DNA of 64,000 nt from Eledone cirrhosa (taxonomy: Eukaryota): assembly GCA_964016885.1 (NCBI GenBank), contig OZ024743.1, positions 284,332,001 through 284,396,000 on the forward strand, read 5' to 3'. Positions 25,910 through 38,822 of the stretch are shown piece by piece. A model generated the notes under the pieces. It made no database searches and had not been told where the DNA came from. It worked only from the letters and a program-made list of their open reading frames with translations. A program made the position numbers and the translations under genes. Position 1 is the stretch's first letter. Each line of letters starts with the position of its first letter.

Positions 25910-28900
25910 TAATATGATTGCAATGTTGTAAAGTAGATCTCAATTTAATTGGAATGGATATCACTTAAAAAAAGAAAAAACAATTTTAAAAACTTTTATT
26001 TATGATAGCATATGTAGGAAGATATTTCTAAATTTATTCATCTATTGTTCAAGCAATTAATTAACGCAATGTTAAAGTGGGTAGTAAACTTAGTCCATCA
26101 CCAGCTGCAGCTTGCTCTTGAACATTTAGCAGTCCATTCAGATGCAAACATCGAAACCATATCTGTAGTCAGATACAGATTCCTACTACAACAGCACATA
26201 AGTCAATGTTTATTTCTCCTTTTCCACCAAGAGTTTTAGAAGTGCTGCAAAAGGTCATGGACACTGTCCCTCAACCCTTGACTGAGCCACTAAAGTTAAC
26301 AGAAGAATGTGATAGCTATTTTTGAGGTCACCTAAGTAAGTAATAAAACTTGGTTTAGAAGCACAATACTATGGCAGAAGCCAGTTTTGTGTACATATAT
26401 TCAGTAGTCTATCACCATTAACCTCACAGACATTACATCTTGTAGTCTGTCACCATTAACTTCACAGACAATATATCTTTATTCAAGTAAGAAAAATATT
26501 ACACAGTACCTTTTGTCTAATTCATAATAGAACTAAATATTTAAGATAACCTTTAAACTCCAACACCTTTTATATATTCTAAGTTCAGTAGCATACTGGA
26601 CTAAATACCCTAATAATGTTTAATTTTATTCTCTACAATTCTAAGTGCTTACCACCTTCCACAGCCAATACAATTCTAGTAATAAATATAAATTATAGTA
26701 AAAAAATAGGGAAAAAATAAGGACAATTCAGTTTCATATATACTTCTTCCTATAAATTTATAGCATGATTATTTAAGAAATCAATATCAAACATATTGGA
26801 AAGAATAACTTTTGATTTTATATTTATATATAACGATATATATATAAAAGAGGAAGATTTAATCAACAATCCCCTTAAAATGCAATAAATAAAGCTGTGA
26901 TGTATTTTATATCCATTCAAGCCATGCCATTTCTTAACAAAAAAAGCAAGTGTAAAAGAACTGATATTGATAAAAATGGAAATTAATATAATTGACAATA
27001 TTTAATTGAATTTCAATATTATCAAATACATCCTCAAAATATAAATTAATTTTAGAATTGTAATGTAATCAATTTAAAAATTAACAACAATAACTGCTGT
27101 TACTTCTGTATGCTTCAAGTTTCCAAAACTGATAAAATCAAATTACCTTTATTTTCCAATAGTCAAAGTGGCTCTCATTATTACACCAGATTGATACAGG
27201 GTAGGTGGGGATTCATTAGCTCAATCATTTGCTAAACCCTGGTACTGGTGATGTGATAGAAAATGTAACATTCTCCACAACTACTATGAAGTCAAGCAAG
27301 GAATATACTCAATTGTATGAAAGAATGAAAGAAGTGAATGGGGACAATGCAGGAAATGAGGGGAAATGGCTTTCTCATCTTCCTAGAGATGAGACCTTTC
27401 TGGTGCCAATGATGGAATGAAAAAAAGACAATGTACTCAGTTTTGACAACTTTTCTAGAGCTAGTGCCATGATAAAATTTCCTTATTAAATTCTGTAGAG
27501 TTGTAGTAATAGGAAGTATATTCAACCGTAGAAACCATGCCAGAAAAAGAAAAGAAAAGAAAAAGCTAAAAATAAAAGTAAAATAGAATGTATGAGTGAG
27601 ATATGGTTCATGTGTTCCCAACCAGTTTAGGAGGGCAGCAAATATGAAAAACAAGTAGTTTATATTAAGGTGACCAGTTTAACCCATAGCAGTATGGAAA
27701 AGTGAATGTCAAAATGATGATCATCATTATTATCTATCAAAATGAGATTAACACAGTTTTTATACTGTAACAGGTTGGATACATACAACATATCATTATG
27801 TGCTTCTCATGTGTGAGGCCTAAGATTCTCAAATCTTTTCTAAATACTATTTTTCAAGACTTCCATAGCCTACATGTACTATATGTAATTTACTCCACCA
27901 AATCATATAACCTACTGGCACAACTGGTCTTATGTATCCATACCAGCATAATCATCTCTCTAGCATAGGTCAGCTAATGTCTTTGATACCCAGCTGCTTT
28001 CTCAACCAACTCATTTATAAATTAAAGTTTTAATGCAAGTTAGCACTAGCCATTCAATAGGTTATGTTCAACACATTTTTTTTCTTTATTTGCTTGGTCA
28101 ATAGGAATAGGCTGTGATATTTCAAGGCCCTTCAAGACAGGTAAGATCAAAATGATTGATGTTTCTTTTGAATTGTTGCAAGTTGACAGCTGTAGAAGAA
28201 TAACATAGGTAAGGAAATATTCTAAGATAGTTAAAATTCTGAAGAAGGACTTAGTTTAGGGGTTAGTGTGACAGGAGGACAACACAAGTGACAAGAAGAG
28301 AGATAAGTGAGTTGGGGAGGCCTGAGTGGAGTGGCACTACACCAATCAGCTCTGAGGAGCTGAGTCCACTGTAGTAGTAGCAGTAAACACAAAGTGAGGA
28401 GACAACACTTCTGTGGGCTGGTAATTAGAGTGCTGGCAAGTGATTTCACACCAATGAATAGCTTCATTTGCCAACAATATCTGTAGAGATTCTACAGTTA
28501 TTGGAAATCCTCTACAGTTACTGTTGATCCACTAAAGTTTTGTAGAGGATCCACAATTATTGCTGAGGTTCTACAGTTACTTTAGATTATATAAGGTTAC
28601 TACCCAATTTTCAAATATTATACAGCATCATACTTTTTCTCCTGAAAGAGGGAAATTTGTTCCTTCAAAGGTAAGCAGAACTTCGCAAAAGTCACAGGGA
28701 TACGAAAAAGATGTGTACATAGAACAGTGAGTTGTTACAGATATTTATAAATCTTCTGGTCTGTCTTACTATTACTACCAAAACCATTCTCACTGCTTTG
28801 TTTTCTTTTTGTGATAGTTGCTGTAGGTTAACATAATATTACTGTAGTTATATTGAAAAAAATGGATTTTGTTTTGTTAGGTTTACGGCCATTTTGTACA

Positions 28901-30872
28901 AAGAATGATGGTGGGAATAGAGTCAATTGCTTCATTGAAGAATTAACTCCCTACAAAAATGAAAGTCAATGTCAACTTTGATAGGATTTAAATTTAGAAC
29001 TATGACACAGACATATAACAGAAAAAAACTGACTTTCTACTTTTACTACCATCTCTACATTTCTGGGTCCTGCAGGTGCAAATAGAAGTTTTTAAACCCC
29101 AAAGTTGTTTGGAATGTGTTTAGAAATCTTTAAAATATCACACATTTAAAAAAATTCCATATATATAATATGGTTAGATTTGTGAATTCAGAACGTTCTT
29201 TTAAAGAAAAAGAACAAACCAAAATCTGGTTTTATTTATGCCAATAAAAGGCTTCAAAACACCCTCTTGCTTTGTGCTTATTTTGATTTTTATTTCACCT
29301 CATATTTTAAAGATTTTAACCCAACTGACAAGATGATAAATGAATACTATGTGTATTTGGGCATTTTGTTTCTTGTTGGAAACAACCATACGATTTTGGA
29401 GAATGTAATCTGTAATTAAGCGGCATCCTATTCCAAGAGCATTAATATATTGTCTTCTAAATGCACCAATTTCCAGTTTTATGTATGCTTGCAGTTCATG
29501 GATAAATACAGACCAATGAGCATGAATGCATTTTCCTCAGTAAAAGCAAACATATATAAAATCGGTATATTATCTCCTTATAATAATTCCTTTAGCAATA
29601 TTCAAACAAAAGTAGGGAGATTGTTGACAGCAAAATTAGGTTTTGATGGCTACATACTAATTCACATGCAAGGAGGATTCCTTCACATTATCTATAACAG
29701 AACCATAAGTTGTGGTCCACATGTGAATTCAACTTTTCATTGATGGTGTCCATGTCAGTGTTTTCGTATACATTACACAAAAAAGTTATAGAAATCAATG
29801 AAAGAGAGAGAGAACAATAATTTACAAAAGTTTAAGTAAATAGAGCTAAAAGCAAAGTTACATAATTAGAAATGAATCACAGGAATCAAGCTACTGCTTC
29901 TGTTGCAGCTGATGATAATGGTGATGATGATAAAAATAGTAATAACAACAGTTATAATGAAAAATGAGTTAATGAGATGAGGATGGGGGTTAAAAAGAAT
30001 TTAATCAAATTGTTATGGTACCATATTGATTTTACTCTTTTGAAGATAATATTGATACAGAAAAAAAAATGATTGATTGATATGAGATTTATCTGATACT
30101 TAGTAAAACTTTCCTTAGACATCAACTTATTAATGATAGATTATTAATAGTACCAAAACAGCAACAATATTTCTAATGAAACATTTTTTTAAAGACATTA
30201 AAAATAAATTATTGATGCACAGTAGCTGTTAAGTTAAAGTGCTTGTACAATTCAATAAGTCATATAACGTTGCTTTCCTCAGCTTCACTGTGACAAAATA
30301 TAAAAGACCTCCAATAGCACCGAGACCTTTTAAAGACCAATATTTAGCTTTGGTTTTATAGCATTTAACATTAGAGAGATCTTCATAGGATGTCAGTCTA
30401 TCACCAATAACAATTCTAGACACTCTATTATCTATCTGTTCTTGACAGCAAAGACAAAACTAAGGTATATATCACCTATAGAAGTTTGAACACATGACCT
30501 ATAAATTGGTAGTTTAAATTAATCTTTACTCTGCCATTCTAGTCTTCCTTGGTCTAACTAGATAAAAACAAGTGAAGGATTGAATGGCTGCCAGCTACAG
30601 AAACTTAACTTATAAGTTAAAATTCAAAAAGTCCATTACTCTATTTCATCTCTACAAATCTTAAGAACCTTTTCTTTCAAATATCTTTCTGTGTTTTGTG
30701 TAGCAGTTAGTTTCCCCAGGCGATTTCTTCAAACCTACACCCACAACAAAACAGTACATTTCTATATCATCATCTAATGAGCCAGTGTTATTAAATTTTA
30801 TAAAATAAGCTAAGTTTAGATGGGATGGCTAAAATTTGAGATCACAGATTTCAGGCAGGACATATATTATAT

Positions 30873-31243
30873 ATCATCATTTTACGTCCACTTTTCCCTG
30901 CTTGCAAGGGTGGGACAGGAACTGATTTTTGGCTTGATTTTTACAACTGGATGCCCTTCCTAACACCAACCTCATTTACAGTGAGTGCTGGGTACTTTTT
31001 TGCCGTGGCACCTACACATCCACTTTACAGTGTGGGCTGGGTGCTTTTTTGCCGTGGCACCTCCATGACCACTTTGCAGTGGAATGATAGGGACCCCAGT
31101 CCCTATCATCTCATTTCTACAGCTGAGTAAACTGGAGCAATGTGAAATAAAGTGTCTTGCTCAAGGAAACAACACACCACCCGGTCTGAGAATTGAACTC
31201 ACAACCTTTCGATTGCAAGGCCAATGCTCTAACCACTAAGCCT
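30873..31243 (-). mobile_element. SINE family A (tRNA head, CORE-like middle, RTE tail)
   Basis: Reverse complement of 36705-37048 with one extra ~42-bp tail unit. Confidence 0.88.
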
Positions 31244-31277
31244 TCACATATATAATTGAATATAAAATAGAGATAAA

Positions 31278-31893
31278 CACAGATATAAACATACATGTGT
31301 TCAAATTGTAGGGAACCAAGTTCGCCAGGTTGAAGAAAATACTAACTATTAACTATATGGTTTGCCAGACTCAATTTAAAATAATAAATCAAGAAAAAGA
31401 AAAACAAACCTATATATGGTAACTGCCAAAACACCCAGACAGCTTTGGTGGCTGTTTCGCAATTATTAGCGAAGGAAATCACCAATTCTTTGCTCTTCAG
31501 TGGGTGTAAAATTAGTAATCCCTCCACTTCTAAGTATCTCAGAAGACTGAATAGTGTGCGAGTATAAAAAAATAAACGCACATGGCATCAGAACCTAGCC
31601 AGTCACATAAAGATACGCTATTAAAAATAGCAGCTAAGTTTACAGGACATTTAAATTAGCTCTACAAATTTGATGGAGCCGACTATATCAAAGGTATATA
31701 TTGAGTTAGAAACTCAAAGTAGTCTCTTACAATTAAATAGCTCAAAGAAAGAGATATAAACATACATGTGTTCAAATTGTAAGGGACCAAGTTTGCCAGG
31801 TTGAAAAAAATACTAACTATTAATTATATATATATGGTTTGGCAGACTCAATTTAAAATAATAAATCAAGATAAAGAAAAACAAACCTATATA
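31278..31893 (-). repeat. Partial tandem repeat (471-bp period) containing a hammerhead ribozyme; pLTR- or retrozyme-like
   Basis: A ~135-bp segment at 31278-31415 is repeated at ~31750-31893, and the hammerhead lies between the two copies. Confidence 0.8.
31431..31507 (-). ncRNA. Canonical type I hammerhead ribozyme
   Basis: Minus strand: acaccca-CTGAAGA-gcaa...ttgc-GAAA-cagc(caccaaa)gctg-TC-tgggtgt. It has a 7-bp stem I, G10.1-C11.1, a 5-bp stem III and triplet GUC. Confidence 0.88.
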
Positions 31894-33280
31894 TCATCAC
31901 CAGTTAACGTCCATTTTCCAAACTAGCATGGGTTAAATGAGTTGCCCCATTGTGAGACAGCCAGGTCAGGTGACCATATTTTGCTCATACAAGACTGGTT
32001 TTGGCTTGGTTTCTATGGCTGGATGCCCTTCCTAACACCAACAAACCTACAGTGTATGCTGGGTATTTTTTGTTGTGACACCTACATGACCACCTTACGG
32101 TGAGGGCTGGGCATTTTTTGTTGTGACACTGACATGACCACTTTACAGTGTGGGTTGGGCGCTTTTTATCATGTTACTCACACAACTACTTTACAGTGTG
32201 GACTGGGGGCTTTTTGTCATGCTACCTACACAACCACTTTACAGTGTGGGCTGGGGGCTTTTTGTTGTCACCTACACGACCATTTTATAGTGTGGGCTAG
32301 GGGGCTTTTTGTGGTAGCACCTATACAACCACATTATAGTGAGGGCTGGGCGCTTTTTGTTGTGTCACCATCACGAACACTTTATAGTGTGGGCTGGAGA
32401 TGCAAGAGAGGGAAGGTGGTTAAGGCACAGAGGTGTATGGAAGGGGGAGGTTTTCCCTCAAAACGAAAGGCAGATTGTATGATGTGTGCATACAGGACAC
32501 ATGGGAAGGCAGGTCTTCTGTATTGCTTCATAACACCAGAGATCTCGATCCTATGTCATCGCTTTTGAGAGGTGCAATTGTGCAAGGTCAGCTTTTATCA
32601 CTTCATCACAAGTCTTCTTACACCGTAGCTTCCAGCAATTTTGAGCCCTTGCACTTTTTTATGCAGCTGTCATCCTTCATACGGATCACGTCCATGTCAA
32701 TGCATTCTGCTCTCCTGCACATTGCATCTGACCCCTCTTATACCCAGTTTCTTGCTCAGTTCATTTATGCTTTGCTGTATATGTATATTACTATTACACA
32801 TCCATTGAAGCATGCCAGCTTCCTTTCTTTCCAATCTTCATAGGTCCTCATCACACAGTGCCCAGATCTCACTACCAAGCAACATTGCCGTTTGTATGCA
32901 CACATCATACAATCTGCCTTTCGTTTTGAGGGAAAACCATTTTGTGGCTAGCAGTGGTAGTAGCTCCCTGAACCTCTCTCCATCCTATTCTCACTGCTAA
33001 TTTAGTCGTCTGGGTAACAGAAACTATCAATTCCTTCTACTGAGCCTTCTGGGCATTTAAAGGAGTTAGTATCCGGTGGGCTATTGCTATTACTGCCAAT
33101 GTGCAACAGCCACATATTAAACCTTCATTCTTTGCTAGTCTACCTGAGATCCCACTACATCTCTTGTGTATCCATAGATTGCACCAGGGGCATAGAATGG
33201 AGTTTCTACCTATTCCTTCCCTGCACACTGAGCAAGGCCATTTCCCTGAGTGAATCTGGGCCCTGTTATCCTTTCTACAT
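31894..33280 (-). mobile_element. Decayed RTE LINE 3' half with expanded ~42-bp 3' UTR repeat
   Basis: GRNSILCPWCNLWIHKRCSGISG on the minus strand. About eight tandem UTR units at 32045-32397. Confidence 0.85.
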
Positions 33281-33547
33281 AATTGGATCTTTCCAGCCCA
33301 TGCAAGTGTGGAAAAATGGATGTAAAAATAATGAAGGGTTCATGCCAAGAAGAGTATCTGGCTGTAAAACAGTGTTTCAAAGCATTCTGTCCAACCTATG
33401 CCAGCATGGTGAAGTGGACGAAAAAAAAAATAATGATGATCATAGTGATGATATATATAAGTTAAAACAGAAAACAAAAACAATAACGAAGAGTGCAGTA
33501 CAAAGTGTTAGTATTAGTTTTACGCTTGATAGTGGGGAGTGGGGGAT

Positions 33548-33575
33548 GACGTTTCAGGCATAAGCCCTTCATCAG
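33548..33575 (-). ncRNA. Penelope-type hammerhead core (stem I not evident)
   Basis: CTGATGA-A-GGGC-TTAT-GCCT-GAAA-CG-TC on the minus strand. Confidence 0.5.
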
Positions 33576-34317
33576 GAGAAAAATGGGAAGGAAAAGAGTT
33601 CCGAGGGTGTGAAGGGGAGTGGTGGAAAGACATTAAACGGGAGGGAAATTAAAGGGAAGGAAAAAAATTAAAAAGAGGGTAAAAATCTTAAAATGAAATG
33701 AGTGGTCAAGGGGTGTGAGGCGTGTGGGGTGGGGGTGAATGGAGAGGGTGGAAGGTGGTGTGTGTGTGTATGTGTGTAGGTGTACGTGTGTGTGTGTGTG
33801 TGTGGATATGAGTGTGAGAGTTTGGGGAAGAATGAGGTTCGATGTTTGGGTAATAGGAAAACCAGTGTGTGGGGTGGGGTGTGGTGTAAGTCAGTGTGTA
33901 TATTTATTGACATTAATAAAATGTTTTGAAGTACCTTCTTTCGTTGTCAATAGATTTAAATTATTATGCTCTGTATTCTTCTATAAGTGATTAATACATT
34001 GAACGTTTTAGTCTTTATGTCAGTTTTTCCATATATATATATGTGTGTGTGTAAGGGCGAAAACTTCTTTAATGTGAACTGATAAAAATTTTGGGGAAAA
34101 TTTTTAGACAATGCAATACGTGTGGACTTTATGTTTATGCTAATTTGATGAAAGCAACAGGCATGTTTCAGTTTTATTAGATCTATTTTACAAAGCATAT
34201 TCATTTAGAAAGTTAGTGAAACAAGAATGGTGATCTATATATAGAGGAAAGGGGATTATTTGTGTTATATAGATTATTTGTGTTATATTTATTATATATA
34301 TATACACATATATATAA

Positions 34318-34651
34318 TCATCATTTCATTTTACGTCCGCTTTTCCCTGCTTGCAAGGGTGGGACGGGAACTGATTCTGGCTTGATTTCTACAGCTGGAT
34401 GCCCTTCCTAACACCAACCTCATTTACAGTGAGTGCTGGGTGCTTTTTTGCCGTGGCACCTCCATGACCACTTTGCAGTGGAATGATAGGGACCCTAGTT
34501 CCTATCATCTCACTTCTACAGCTGAGTAAACTGGAGCAATGTGAAATAAAGTGTCTTGCTCAAGGAAACAACACATCACCCAGTCTGAGAATTGAACTCA
34601 CAACCTTTCGATTGCAAGGCCAATGCCCTAACCACTAAACCATGTGCCTCC
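34318..34651 (-). mobile_element. SINE family A, full length
   Basis: Reverse complement of 36705-37048. Confidence 0.9.
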
Positions 34652-34832
34652 TATATAATATACATATATATATATAATATATATATATAATATACATATA
34701 TATATATAATATACATATATATAATATACATATATATATAATATATATGCAAAAGTTTTATTTAAAATTGTTGGGTTACAACAAGTAAATATTTTATAAC
34801 TGATATAAAGCACTCGACAAGTTTTGGAGTAG

Positions 34833-35217
34833 ATATACGATATTAAACAAATGGAAACTATATTTATAAAACCATATTTATTTCATTATACATATTTCGG
34901 GGATACCATATTAAAAAAATGTGGCATGCCTTCTTCAGATAAAATACAATATATAAACAGTTTTATAAATAATTTTGACGTACCATAAATATTGAGCAAC
35001 CGTTATGTAGGAAGCCGGTTTGACTACCAAACCGGCTTCCTACATAACGGTTGCTCAATATTTATGGTACGTCAAAATTATTTATAAAACTGTTTATATA
35101 TTGTATTTTATCTGAAGAAGGCATGCCACATTTTTTTAATATGGTATCCCCGAAATATGTATAATGAAATAAATATGGTTTTATAAATATAGTTTCCATT
35201 TGTTTAATATCGTATAT
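34833..35217. repeat. Perfect inverted repeat (190-bp arms, 5-nt spacer), with a hammerhead motif in each arm
   Basis: 34833-35022 is the reverse complement of 35028-35217, and the spacer is actac. Hammerhead motifs at 35104-35171 (+) and 34879-34946 (-). Confidence 0.92.
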
Positions 35218-35417
35218 ATATAATATACATATATATATATAATATACATATATATAATATACATATATATATAATATACATATATATATAATATACATAT
35301 ATATATGTAATATACATATATATATAATATACATATATATATGTAATATACATATATATATAATATACATATATATATATACATATATTTATATATAATA
35401 TACATATATATATATAC

Positions 35418-35448
<31 letters not shown>

Positions 35449-35928
35449 ATATACATATATATATATAATATACATATATATATATTATATACATATATAT
35501 AGATATAATATACATATATATATATAATATACATATATATATATAATATACATATATATATATAATATACATATATATATATAATATACATATATATAAT
35601 ATACATATATATATAATACATATATATATATAATATACATAATATACATATATATATATAATATACATATATATATATATAATATACATATATATATATA
35701 TAATATACATATATATATATAATATACATATATATATATTTAATCATCATCATCATCATCATCATCATTTTACGTCCGCTTTTCCCTGCTTGCAAGGGTG
35801 GGACGGGTCTTATTCTATACATATATATATAATATACATATATATATATAATATACATATATATATATATATAATATACATATATATATATAATATACAT
35901 ATATATATAATATACATATATATATAAT
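35218..35928. repeat. AT minisatellite (taatatacatatatata)n
   Basis: Direct inspection. Similar arrays occur at 34652-34748, 36382-36704, 37048-37256 and 38826-39028. Confidence 0.95.
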
Positions 35929-36274
35929 CATCATTCATCATGATCATTTCATTTTACGTCCACTTTTCCCTGCTTGCAAGGGTGGGACGGGAACTGATTC
36001 TGGCTTGATTTCTACAGCTGGATGCCCTTCCTAACACCAACCTCATTTACAGTGAGTGCTGGGTGCTTTTTTGCCGTGGCACCTCCACGACTACTTAACA
36101 GTGGAATGATAGGGACCCCAGTCCCTATCATCTCATTTATACAGCTGAGTAAACTGGAGCAATGTGAAATAAAGTGTCTTGCTCAAGGAAACAACACATC
36201 ACCCGGTCTGAGAATTGAACTCACAACCTTTCGATTGCAAGGCCAATGCTCTAACCACTAAGCCATGTGCCTCC
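35929..36274 (-). mobile_element. SINE family A, full length
   Basis: Reverse complement of 36705-37048, near-identical. Confidence 0.9.
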
Positions 36275-36440
36275 ATAATATACATATATATATAATACCA
36301 ACACCCCACTCTCCAGAGCGTGAAATTAATAAACATTCGTTGTACTGCCTCTCTGTTTTGTCCCTGTTCAAATTTTTCCATTATATATAATATACATATA
36401 TATATAATATACATATATATATTACATATATATATATATT

Positions 36441-36483
<43 letters not shown>

Positions 36484-36704
36484 TATTATATACATATATA
36501 TATAATATACATATATATATTATTTACATATATATATATAATGTACATATATATATTATATACATATATATATATAATATACATATATATATATATATTA
36601 TTTACATATATATATATAATGTACATATATATATATATTATATACATATATATATAATATACATATATATATATAATATACATATATATATATAATGTAC
36701 ATAT

Positions 36705-37048
36705 GGAGGCACATGGCTTAGTGGTTAGAGCATTGGCCTTGCAATCGAAAGGTTGTGAGTTCAATTCTCAGACCGGGTGATGTGTTGTTTCCTTGAGCAA
36801 GACACTTTATTTCACATTGCTCCAGTTTACTCAGCTGTAGAAATGAGATGATAGGGACTGGGGTCCCTATCATTCCACTGCAAAGTGGTCGTGGAGGTGC
36901 CACGGCAAAAAAGCACCCAGCACTCACTGTAAATGAGGTTGGTGTTAGGAAGGGCATCCAGCTGTAGAAATCAAGCCAGAATCAGTTCCCGTCCCACCCT
37001 TGCAAGCAGGGAAAAGTGGACGTAAAATGAAATGATGATGATGATGAT
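36705..37048 (+). mobile_element. SINE family A, full length (tRNA head, CORE-like domain, hairpin, RTE-derived tail, (GAT)n)
   Basis: A box tggcttagtgg, B box gagttcaattc, and ccttgagcaagacactt resembling CORE. The tail shares cactcactgtaaatgaggttggtgttaggaagggcatccagctgtagaaatcaagcc with the RTE 3' UTR. Confidence 0.9.
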
Positions 37049-37257
37049 ATATATATATATATATATAATATACATATATATATATAATATACATATATAT
37101 ATATAATATACATATATATATATAATATACATATGTATAATATATATATATATATATATATATTATATACATAATATACATATATATATATATATATTAT
37201 ATACATATATATATATATATATAATGTACATATATATATATACATATATATATATAG

Positions 37258-38822
37258 CTAATTCCATACACCAGAGTATAACTGTAACTATCGACTTCCC
37301 TTCCAAACACCCTAACAATAGACTACCTGTATTAGACACGGAACTCTGGATTAACACTATAGACGAGAGAGCCCAAATTCTCCACTCACACTATGCTAAA
37401 CCCATGGCCTCCAAATACCTGATACTCAAAAACTCAGCAATGTCCAGTAGTGCTAAGTTTAATATTCTGATCGCAGATTTGGTACGAATGATGAAGAATG
37501 TGTCCCGCATGTGCGACCCAACAGAAATGGAAAGACACATCCAACACTTCATCAACCGCATGCAGTTCTCTGGCTACAACCAAAGAGACAGAGTCAGAGT
37601 ATACGAAGGAGCCATGGAGAAGTATAAGACCCTCATAGAACTGGACATGAAAGGAATTTGCCCATTATACAGGAGCAAATCATGGAATAGCTTAGATAGG
37701 GCTAGACATAAGATAGCGAAAGCCACCTCATGGTACGACAACCAGAGATACCAGAGTGTCATGTTTGTGGACGCTACCCCTGGAGGGAAATTAGCTAACC
37801 AGTGTAGAAAGGCCCTGAGAAAGACCCACTTAAAGATTAAGGTGGTAGAAAAGCCAGGAACCACCATAAAATCCCTGATCAGCAAAACCTACCCTTTTAA
37901 GAAAACCCACTGTACTAATAGGAAATGTATCATATGTAAGGTAAACCCCCGAATAAACTGTAAAACTAGAAATGTAGTCTATAGCATAAGATGTACAGAG
38001 GGTACTTGCAGAAACATGACAACAACATACATAGGCGAGACAGCTCGTAGCATAGGTGAAAGGATAGACCAACACTGGGGGGAACTATAAGGACGAAAAA
38101 ACGGGTCAGTACTATACGAACATGCCAGACAACAACACGACGGTAACATAGACAACATAGAAATTAGAATAATATCTAAACATAGAAATGATCCAGCAGA
38201 TAGGCAAATCAGAGAGGCCAGTGAAATAGAACTTAGAAGGCCAAGACTAAACAGAAAGAATGAATGGAATAACAACAACACCCAAACAAACAACACTGAC
38301 CTAAGAGAAGTATAAATAAATAAATAAATAAATAAATAGATAAATAAATAAATAAATACATACACAAGCACAATAACAACAAACACATATAAACACACAC
38401 TAGTAAAGATAGAATACATAGAATACAATCACGAACACACATCAAACAAAACACTATACACACACACAAACTTAAAGAAGACCAAATAAAATAAACAAAC
38501 AAACAAATAAATAAATAAATATATAGACAGACTAAATAAAAATGGCGTAGACATACAATATAACAGGAGGAAACAATAGCACCACTGACGATGTTGCAGA
38601 TGTGCAACGAAAGAACTTTGATAAACTATATATGTGTTTGTGTCTATATTGTATCTGTATTATTTTTGACCGTCGGTCAGTCAATGGCAACATTGAGGAC
38701 CGAATAAATTAGATTACCGATATAAAAGACACAGAAGCGAAAAGCGAAAACCAACCAAACAGTGAGTGTGTTCTGTTATTAATTCTGGCAATATTACACA
38801 AATAAGACCCTCCCCAAGTATA
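37258..38822 (+). mobile_element. 5'-truncated Penelope-like retroelement (RT C-terminus, Cys-rich linker, GIY-YIG endonuclease, pLTR)
   Basis: LPVLDTELW, NVVYSIRC...YIGETARSIGERIDQH. An in-frame stop at 38088-38090 is followed by SVLYEHA...RQIREA...LNRKNEW. A hammerhead-like core CTGACGA-T-GTTGCA-gatg-TGCAAC-GAAA lies at 38585-38612. Confidence 0.9.

Noticed and set aside
32045-32397. Regularly spaced repeats resembling a CRISPR array
   Set aside because: The units are contiguous degenerate tandem copies without unique spacers, they derive from the RTE 3' UTR, there are no cas genes and the context is eukaryotic.
36705-36778. tRNA gene (Ala-like anticodon loop cttgcaa)
   Set aside because: There is no proper acceptor stem or terminator; it is the head of a multi-copy SINE.
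36849-36873. tccctatca half-sites resembling the bacterial tet operator
   Set aside because: The arrangement differs from tetO and the motif is part of the SINE hairpin; coincidental.
35062-37357. Many Y/I/M/C-rich ORFs in the ORF track
   Set aside because: They are translations of AT micro- and minisatellites.
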